Below, in pieces: positions 1 to 6,444 of a DNA stretch of 13,812 nt. The notes below the pieces were generated by a model. It was not told where the DNA came from and ran no database searches. It saw nothing but the letters and a program-made list of their open reading frames with translations. The first letter of the stretch is position 1. The number at the start of each line of letters is the position of its first letter. A program made the translations under genes and the position numbers. Origin of the DNA: Candidatus Hodarchaeota archaeon (GTDB lineage Archaea > Asgardarchaeota > Heimdallarchaeia > Hodarchaeales > Hodarchaeaceae); assembly GCA_016840035.1 (NCBI GenBank), contig JAEOTC010000052.1, positions 1 through 13,812 on the forward strand, read 5' to 3'.

Positions 1-1
1 A

Positions 2-601
2 AGATCTACCACAAACCGTGTAATCCGAGAATACATTGCTTCTCATTTAGCATCTAAATTGGGAATAAATGTCCCACAAGCACTTTTAGCACAAAAAGAC
101 ACACAAATTGGTTTACTCTATGAATGGCTAGATGAAAGCATTGAATTACGAGAAAGTAGTGATGTTATATTAAATAAGTGTCCTCCAAGGGATGTTATCC
201 AATTATTGCTCCTTGAAGCATTGATCGGTGCTTCTGATCGACATTCTGGAAATTACCTTATTGCTAAAGATAAAATATGGGCTATAGATTTAGAGAGAAG
301 TTTTAATACTGATCCTCTTGATAGTGAACTTTCTCTTTACTTTGAGTGGATAAATGAATCGCAATCGAAGATTAAGGAAAGGATAGACGATTTTAAGAGT
401 TTGATTCAAGATCATCAAATTCTTCAAGAAGACTCTAATATTAAAAATATGATCGAATCTCTACCAATTGATGATAGGGCTAAAATAGCAATGAAAATTC
501 AAGTAGAAGAGATGTTTAGCAACTTAAAGAAAAATTTCATGAGTATATCAACACGGATTGATAGTTACTTCCAAAAGTCTGATAATCTCTCCCTTTTCTA
601 A
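2..601 (+). CDS. HipA/PI3-PI4-kinase-like atypical kinase, 5'-truncated by the window edge
   Basis: The frame is open from base 2 (RSTTNRVIREYIASHLASKLGINVP), so the track start at 59 is internal. E-x2-A-x2-LA-x2-LG-x2-VP is the alphaC-helix motif of HipA/PI4K-like kinases. The catalytic loop DRHSGN and Mg-binding AIDLE are present. Confidence 0.8.
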   Translation, partial: RSTTNRVIREYIASHLASKLGINVPQALLAQKDTQIGLLYEWLDESIELRESSDVILNKCPPRDVIQLLLLEALIGASDRHSGNYLIAKDKIWAIDLERSFNTDPLDSELSLYFEWINESQSKIKERIDDFKSLIQDHQILQEDSNIKNMIESLPIDDRAKIAMKIQVEEMFSNLKKNFMSISTRIDSYFQKSDNLSLF

Positions 602-605
602 CCAC

Positions 606-642
606 AATCAGAATTTCTTTGATCACAGAGAATTTCCTGATT
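606..642 (+). other. Intergenic stem-loop
   Basis: AATCAGAATTTCTTTG-ATCA-CAGAGAATTTCCTGATT folds into a ~16-bp stem (one G-U, one U-U, one bulge) with a 4-nt loop. It fills most of the 57-bp spacer. Confidence 0.55.
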
Positions 643-658
643 AAGTTGGTCTATTTTT

Positions 659-1066
659 ATGGATAAAAAAGAAGTCTCAGGTAATATTTGTCGAAAACAA
701 AAATGCCATCATTGCTGTGTAGAGACAGAAATGCTCTTACTAAAAACTGATTCTATGCGAATCAGTAAATCAACAGGAATTCCTATCCCTGAATTTTCAT
801 TTCTAACTAAAGACAATCAAAGAATGTTAAGGAATAAGAAAGCTGATAATGAAGAAATTTGTTTCTTCCTGGATGAGAGTGGAACCTGCACCATTTATAA
901 TATTAGGCCAGAAGGATGCACCTATTATCCAATTATTTGGGATTTAACAAATCATCAAGCGATTTCTGATGATTACTGTCCTTACCATGAGAATTTTAAA
1001 GACAATATCGAGAAAATTCAATCCAACCTCGAGATATTTGTACTAAAACTTTATGGCTGGTTATAA
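659..1066 (+). CDS. YkgJ family cysteine-cluster (putative Zn/Fe-chelating) protein
   Basis: Motif C-x4-C-x2-CC ... CFFL ... CTIYxxRPxxCxxYP ... CP matches the CxxCxxCC/YkgJ (UPF0153) signature. Confidence 0.9.
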   Translation: MDKKEVSGNICRKQKCHHCCVETEMLLLKTDSMRISKSTGIPIPEFSFLTKDNQRMLRNKKADNEEICFFLDESGTCTIYNIRPEGCTYYPIIWDLTNHQAISDDYCPYHENFKDNIEKIQSNLEIFVLKLYGWL

Positions 1067-1100
1067 AGAATAAAAAAAAAGAAGAGAAGGATAGATATCC
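1067..1100 (-). terminator. Archaeal-type oligo-T terminator for the 590-aa gene
   Basis: The minus strand reads CCTTCTCTTC-T9-ATTC just after the stop codon at 1101. The A9 run is at 1072-1080 on the + strand, in a convergent gene junction. Confidence 0.65.
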
Positions 1101-2873
1101 TTATCTTTTTGATTTACGAATCACTGGAATTGCCATGACGAGGGCTAAGAGGCCAAAAATAGTTTCAAACCCAGGAGTAAGGGTTGGAGTAGTAGTATCA
1201 TCTTTTCCAGGATCAGTTGTATCGTCGATGATACCGACTTTTACACTGTACCTTGCCTCTAACTCACCTTTATTGGTGGAGGCGATGATTCTGAAAGTAT
1301 ATTCACCCTTGATGGGAATGGTCAAATTGAAGTGGACATCGAAGAAACTGTCAGCGGGGAATGTACTATTCACGGGAACGACCTCAATAATGGTACCATT
1401 TAACCATAATAATTTAACTTTTGAAATGTGAAGATCGTCATCTGCTCCTGAATAAACCTCTGCTTTGATATTGAAGGTTTCATTAACATCTACATTATCA
1501 GGACCATAAATGGAAATCGATGGACCAGATTCAGTAACATACCAATCACAGCTTGTGTACCATTCACTTCGGATATCATCATAAAGCTCGAAGTGGACAA
1601 TATACTTGCCAACCTGGGTAAAAGTATAATTTAAATCGTATTCCCAGACCTCATAGGCATTAATGGGAACATCAACCTCCAGTAATAGCTCGGTATACCC
1701 TGTTGGATCTTCCATACGGATCTTGATGATGACACTGGGCATATCATGACCAAAGTTGCTTTGAGCTTTGAAGTGCATCCATCGGTTTTCACCGACTTTA
1801 GCCTCGTAGTCTTGGTCAATATATAATTCATAACCATCCATCGATCCATCATCGACTTGCCACCAGCACCAGAATTCCCAAACTTGACCTGTATCATGAT
1901 CAGTGACTAACAACGCCACATCATAATATCCAGGTTCAGAGAAAAAGTATTCAACATAATTGGACCAAGAATCACCCGGAGTGAGCCATACAGTCTCATT
2001 TATTAACATATCTTCGCCATCGGACCACATTATTAAAGCATAAATTGAGATCGTTTTATTGATTGAAAAGCGATTCTCAATCACAAAGTCCATCCAACCA
2101 TGTTCACCAACCATTCGATGATAATCCTGATAAATCCATAATGCAAAATAATCTGGGTCTTCATAGACTTCCCACCAGCAGTGAGATTCCCAATAGCTAA
2201 ATCCATCAGAAACTGAGAATAATACCTCATAGTATCCTGGAATCGTGAACTGATAGGATACATCATCATACCAATAATCAAAAGCCATTAGGAATACTGT
2301 ACGATTTTCATAAAGAAGAATTTCTTGTGAATCAGGAGTTTTTAACACAACTTTGGCGGTAACAGACATGTTCGCATTGAAATGTGATTGGATATCGAAA
2401 GCCATATACCCTATATCACCCACGGAAGCATAATTGTCTTGAGAAATCCAGAGATCCATCCAAGGCTCTACGACATCCCACCAGCAATCAGCTTTCCACT
2501 CTTGACCGTATTCATCATAAACGAAGAGAGCAACATCGTAAAATCCATTTTGCTCAAATAGTATACTTACTTCGTCATAAAAGTACCCATAGGCCGAAAG
2601 ATTGGCTGGACCACTATAAAGTGTCACAAGTTGATCTTCGGGAGTATTTACGATCAAGGAAATATTTACATTCATACTCATATTATAATAGGAAACAATG
2701 TCAAATCCCATTACTCCTACCTCGCCTACTGCTGCATGAGTACTTTGGTAGATATTTACTTCTAAATATCCTTCAGGTACAACATCAGCAGCAACAAGAG
2801 TAGGATTGAATGATATGAATGAAATAGCAATTCCAAATACAAGAATTGCTAATAAAAACTTATGGTGTTTCAT
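1101..2873 (-). CDS. Cell-surface (glyco)protein with four ~102-aa Trp/Tyr-rich beta-sandwich repeats, a fifth divergent domain and a PGF-CTERM-type anchor
   Basis: N-terminal signal peptide (MKHHKFLLAILVFGIAISF...LVAA). Repeats follow IxQxxxAxVGxxGxMxF...GYYxV...W...CWWxV. About 12 N-x-S/T sequons. C-terminus has a Thr-rich linker, TPGF (PGF at 1175-1167), a hydrophobic helix and RKSKR. The Ig/CARDB-like fold is inferred from the strand pattern. Confidence 0.88.
   Translation of the reverse strand: MKHHKFLLAILVFGIAISFISFNPTLVAADVVPEGYLEVNIYQSTHAAVGEVGVMGFDIVSYYNMSMNVNISLIVNTPEDQLVTLYSGPANLSAYGYFYDEVSILFEQNGFYDVALFVYDEYGQEWKADCWWDVVEPWMDLWISQDNYASVGDIGYMAFDIQSHFNANMSVTAKVVLKTPDSQEILLYENRTVFLMAFDYWYDDVSYQFTIPGYYEVLFSVSDGFSYWESHCWWEVYEDPDYFALWIYQDYHRMVGEHGWMDFVIENRFSINKTISIYALIMWSDGEDMLINETVWLTPGDSWSNYVEYFFSEPGYYDVALLVTDHDTGQVWEFWCWWQVDDGSMDGYELYIDQDYEAKVGENRWMHFKAQSNFGHDMPSVIIKIRMEDPTGYTELLLEVDVPINAYEVWEYDLNYTFTQVGKYIVHFELYDDIRSEWYTSCDWYVTESGPSISIYGPDNVDVNETFNIKAEVYSGADDDLHISKVKLLWLNGTIIEVVPVNSTFPADSFFDVHFNLTIPIKGEYTFRIIASTNKGELEARYSVKVGIIDDTTDPGKDDTTTPTLTPGFETIFGLLALVMAIPVIRKSKR
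1536..2768 (-). repeat. Four tandem ~102-aa protein repeats (aa ~36-134, 138-236, 242-340, 347-446)
   Basis: Repeat starts: NIYQSTHAAVGE, WISQDNYASVGD, WIYQDYHRMVGE, YIDQDYEAKVGE. Repeat ends: DCWWDV, HCWWEV, WCWWQV, SCDWYV. Confidence 0.9.
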
Positions 2874-3130
2874 TATTAATCAACCCAAATATCTAGGATT
2901 TAATAAACGTAAATCCAAGTTAAGTTTGTATGGTGGTTCTTTCATATAAATAATTCTGAATTGATCCTCCGCAGAATTTAATGACTAGTGTAGATGGGTT
3001 AGATTAAATTAAAACACTCACTTTGCTGAATTTGGATTCAGTAATAGTTAAAAACAAATTTTCATTATAATGAATAATTTGTCGGGATATTAGATAGAAT
3101 CAAAAATAAACGAAAAAAGGGATAAGGTTA
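2874..3130. promoter_or_regulatory. Divergent promoter region with TATA-like boxes and several inverted repeats
   Basis: TTTATATG on the minus strand at 2950-2943. TTATAA at the centre of the perfect palindrome TTCATTATAATGAA (3061-3074). Further inverted repeats at 2893-2919, 2952-2978 and 3026-3041. Confidence 0.6.
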
Positions 3131-6100
3131 ATGAAAATAACTAAAACTAAATCACTATTAATAATTGCGCTTTTTATTATGAATTTTGGATTTCTTGTGC
3201 AAACTGAAGGGATCAGTCCAAATAAGCTTACGCAAGAAAGTATTCCAAAATTAGAACAAACTAGTAGTTCAGTAGAAAGGTCTACAGGTCAGAATGATCG
3301 TAAATTAGTATATAACAAAAATGACTGGGAACTAGAGTCTCTTAATAGGGAAACTTCGCCTCTAGAAAAACCCATCGGAAAAGTTGATTCACCTTCTTTT
3401 TCAACTACCGCTACCCAATATGTATCTCATACAATAATACAAATTGACGGAAATGCAGACTTTATAGCATATAATTTTACGGGTAACGGAATCGTTACCA
3501 ATCCATACAAGATTGAAAACTTGAATATCTCTGCTTCACACACCCATTTAATCTATATTAGAAACACAGATGCTTATTTTGAAATCAGAGGGAATTGGCT
3601 CGATGGAATTAATGCATCATATAATGCAGTATTTCTCCAAAATGCCACCAACGGACTGATAATTAATAATACTATTATTAATGGTGAAATCGGTGTTTAT
3701 TTAGAGGGAGCACATGGCAATGAGATCAGGAGCAATAGCATCAACTTTTGTTCTATCGATGGACTTAATCTTTGGGCCTCAAGTGGTACAATGATTGTGG
3801 ATAATCATATTATGGCTGGTGGTACAAACGGAATCTCTGTTTCAGATGCGTGTAATGTAACCGATATCACTGGAAATATCATATCAGGAAACGATGGTTG
3901 GGCAGGAATCTATCTTGGAGGATCGTATCAAAGTACCGTTAGCAACAACTTTATCAACTATCAGTATAATGGGAATGGAATTGTACTAGGATATTATGGG
4001 ATGAATCCCACCGATACATACGCGGCAATCAACAATAATACTATCTATGAATGCAGATATCGTGGAATTCGTGTTGAATTTGCCAGTCGTAATACTATTA
4101 CGAAAAATCATGTATTTTTAAATAATGAAGATGGAATTCATTTGTATCGGTCGTCAAATAATCTGCTTGAATTAAACCGAATCCATGATAATGAATGGGA
4201 TGGTCTCCTTATCGAAGCTTTTTCCATGTATAACCAAATGTATTCAAATATAATTTCCAATAATTCCGTTGGAATCTATAATTACAATTCTTCAAACAAC
4301 GAAATATATGGGAATGGAATTTTTACATCCAGAGCTCAGGGAATCGTTGTTTCTCGCTCAGATAGTGTGGAATTGTCTTTTAATGAAATATCGAGTAGCT
4401 GGGGTTCAGCTATTTACTCTTGGGGTTTAAATAGAAATCTGTATATCGGAAATAACAGTCTGTACTTAAATTCTAGAGCTACATTAACTAATCCAGAAGT
4501 ATGGGGTTCAGGAATCTATGTAACCGACTTTGGAGGTATCATTGCCGGAAATTGGATCTATGATAATTATTACTTTGGAATTTACGTAGAAGTAGGTAAC
4601 AACGCACAAATCTATGGAAATCATTTAACAGAAAATGGATACACTGGGATTTCATTGATCAATGTTACTTATTCAGGAATTAATGACAATAACATCATAG
4701 AAAACGGAGGTAACGGAATATTTGGAGTGGGTTGTCATCATAACCAGATGATCTGGAATAAGATTCTTGGAAATGGAGGAAATGGAATATTCCTCATTGG
4801 ATCAAATTATAATACCATAGACGATAATGAAATAGGTGGAAACCTCGGAGTGGTGGAAAATCCCCTTCAATCAGATATAAAGTTCTCCATTCAAGCCGTA
4901 ACAAATGGACACGGTGTCTTTTTAGATCCATGCATAGGAAATACCATCTCTAATAACCAAATTTATGGTAATGCAGGTAACGGCGCATATCTATTTGAAT
5001 CGAGTGATAATGAAATTTTAGACAATTATATCGAAAATAATAACGAAAATGGGGTATTCTTAGAAGGTTCTAGTGGTAATAAAGTCCTAAGAAATCAGAT
5101 TAGAAGTAATGGTAATCCAGATCTTCTGCGTGCTGTTACTCAAGGTGAAATCTCCCTTAAAATTTGGGCTGTGACCAATGGCCATGGTGTGTTTCTCGAT
5201 CCAACTTCAGACAACGATGTGAGCGGTAACATAATTGAAAATAACGTAAGAAATGGAATTCACCTCTATATGACAAATAATTCACTGATTAGTGACAACC
5301 ACATGTCTGGAAATGAGAATGGGCTAGTTTTAGAAGATTCGAATTTTAACAATATTTCGCTTAATCTAATCTACGAAAATGGAATGTTGAGTAATCAACG
5401 ACGTGAGGAATATCCATTCTTGAAATTTTCGTTACAAGCGGTAACTAATGGTCACGGTGTGTTCTTAGATCCCTCTGATGCCAATTATCTTTATGGAAAC
5501 AATATTTATGGAAATTCAGGTTGTGGAGTCTATCTAGTTGATTCAGATAATACCAAGATTATATCTAATGTCATTTCAGTAAACAATTTGTGGGGTGTAC
5601 ATGTAGATTACTCCTCTGTGAACACAATGGTAAATAATAATGACTTCTATGAAAATAATTTTCAACCAGGTTCACAAGCTTCTGATGATGGACAACATAA
5701 CGACTTTGTTCACAACTATTGGAGTGATTGGATTGGCGAAGGTAGTTATGCATTAGATGGTGAAGCAGGTAATTCAGATGACAATCCCTCTGATACTCCT
5801 TTCATGGATCCTGGATATAGTTTTTCAAGTCCAACGGTGATTTACCCAAACGGTGGAGAAGTACTTTCAGGTATCGTAACAATTGAGTGGGAAAGAGTAT
5901 TTTCACAGTTCACTCCCCCTGACTTAATCAAATATTATCTCTCCTTTTCACAAGATGGTGGATATTCGTGGGTTCCCATTCCACTGGAAGATTATACCGT
6001 AGTAACTGCTCAAGATGGTACTGAAAGAATGAATATCGATTGGGACACTGTAAAAGTAGCTAATGGAGATCAATTTTTGATCAAAGTGACTGCAGTTGAT

Positions 6101-6295
6101 CTTTATGGATTCAGCACTCTGGATACATCAGATGATGTTTTCGCAGTGAAAAACAATGGTGGAGAACCTACTGACACTACAACCTCTCCCTCTGATACCA
6201 CCACAGGTCCACGAATAACACCAAGCTGGTCGTATTTGATCACTTCAATTGGATTAATTCTTCTTTTAGGACTGAAGAAGAGAAAAAAGAAATAA
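3131..6295 (+). CDS. Surface-anchored right-handed parallel beta-helix (NosD/CASH/pectin-lyase-like) protein with C-terminal Ig-like domain and CTERM anchor
   Basis: Signal peptide. Typical archaeal N-cap (HxxIxIDGNxDF...GNGxxxNPYxIENLNI). Many ~22-24-aa GIxL...NxIxxNxIxxN coils. PTVIYPNGGE...YYLSFSQDGGYSW...WDT...DTSDDVF Ig-like domain (~5831-6157). Thr-rich linker, TPSW (6218-6229), hydrophobic helix, KKRKKK. Confidence 0.9.
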   Translation: MKITKTKSLLIIALFIMNFGFLVQTEGISPNKLTQESIPKLEQTSSSVERSTGQNDRKLVYNKNDWELESLNRETSPLEKPIGKVDSPSFSTTATQYVSHTIIQIDGNADFIAYNFTGNGIVTNPYKIENLNISASHTHLIYIRNTDAYFEIRGNWLDGINASYNAVFLQNATNGLIINNTIINGEIGVYLEGAHGNEIRSNSINFCSIDGLNLWASSGTMIVDNHIMAGGTNGISVSDACNVTDITGNIISGNDGWAGIYLGGSYQSTVSNNFINYQYNGNGIVLGYYGMNPTDTYAAINNNTIYECRYRGIRVEFASRNTITKNHVFLNNEDGIHLYRSSNNLLELNRIHDNEWDGLLIEAFSMYNQMYSNIISNNSVGIYNYNSSNNEIYGNGIFTSRAQGIVVSRSDSVELSFNEISSSWGSAIYSWGLNRNLYIGNNSLYLNSRATLTNPEVWGSGIYVTDFGGIIAGNWIYDNYYFGIYVEVGNNAQIYGNHLTENGYTGISLINVTYSGINDNNIIENGGNGIFGVGCHHNQMIWNKILGNGGNGIFLIGSNYNTIDDNEIGGNLGVVENPLQSDIKFSIQAVTNGHGVFLDPCIGNTISNNQIYGNAGNGAYLFESSDNEILDNYIENNNENGVFLEGSSGNKVLRNQIRSNGNPDLLRAVTQGEISLKIWAVTNGHGVFLDPTSDNDVSGNIIENNVRNGIHLYMTNNSLISDNHMSGNENGLVLEDSNFNNISLNLIYENGMLSNQRREEYPFLKFSLQAVTNGHGVFLDPSDANYLYGNNIYGNSGCGVYLVDSDNTKIISNVISVNNLWGVHVDYSSVNTMVNNNDFYENNFQPGSQASDDGQHNDFVHNYWSDWIGEGSYALDGEAGNSDDNPSDTPFMDPGYSFSSPTVIYPNGGEVLSGIVTIEWERVFSQFTPPDLIKYYLSFSQDGGYSWVPIPLEDYTVVTAQDGTERMNIDWDTVKVANGDQFLIKVTAVDLYGFSTLDTSDDVFAVKNNGGEPTDTTTSPSDTTTGPRITPSWSYLITSIGLILLLGLKKRKKK
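4895..5473 (+). repeat. Three exact copies of the peptide AVTNGHGVFLDP at 91- and 90-aa spacing
   Basis: Copies at 4895-4930, 5168-5203 and 5438-5473. Amino acids are identical while most third codon positions differ. Confidence 0.92.
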
Positions 6296-6318
6296 TTTCG
6301 ATGAAATTTTCTAATATA

Positions 6319-6358
6319 TTGGGCGATAGTTAATTCGATCGCCTAAACAAATTTTTTT
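6319..6358 (+). terminator. Hairpin plus oligo-T terminator after the beta-helix gene
   Basis: TTGGGCGAT (6319-6327) pairs with ATCGCCTAA (6338-6346) with one G-U and a 10-nt loop. T7 follows at 6352-6358. Confidence 0.65.
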
Positions 6359-6444
6359 ATTAGGGTACAATTTCTGTAGCTGAAAGAGAATATTCTTCAA
6401 TATATTTTCTGAGATAGGATTAAATTGCTTAGAGGATTCTAAGA

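Noticed and set aside
59-61. ORF-track start codon for the kinase
   Set aside because: The frame is open to the window edge and the conserved E-x2-A-x2-LA motif lies upstream of it, so the true start is outside the window.
1072-1080. A9 run as a phase-variation tract
   Set aside because: It is intergenic between convergent stop codons and is better explained as an oligo-T terminator.
1135-2803. Alternative-frame and antisense ORFs 1135-1431, 1631-1897, 2081-2281, 2384-2803
   Set aside because: They lie wholly within the well-supported 590-aa gene and have no recognisable motifs. They are shadow ORFs.
4895-5473. 36-bp repeats as a CRISPR array or DGR template/variable repeats
   Set aside because: They are in frame within a CDS, ~270 bp apart, and differ only at synonymous sites rather than specifically at adenines. 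No cas or reverse transcriptase gene is present.
3131-6295. Calling the beta-helix gene nosD, or the hydrolase at 11457-12812 ampC
   Set aside because: Only fold-level similarity. There is no nos cluster, and the hydrolase lacks the KTG motif of true class C beta-lactamases.
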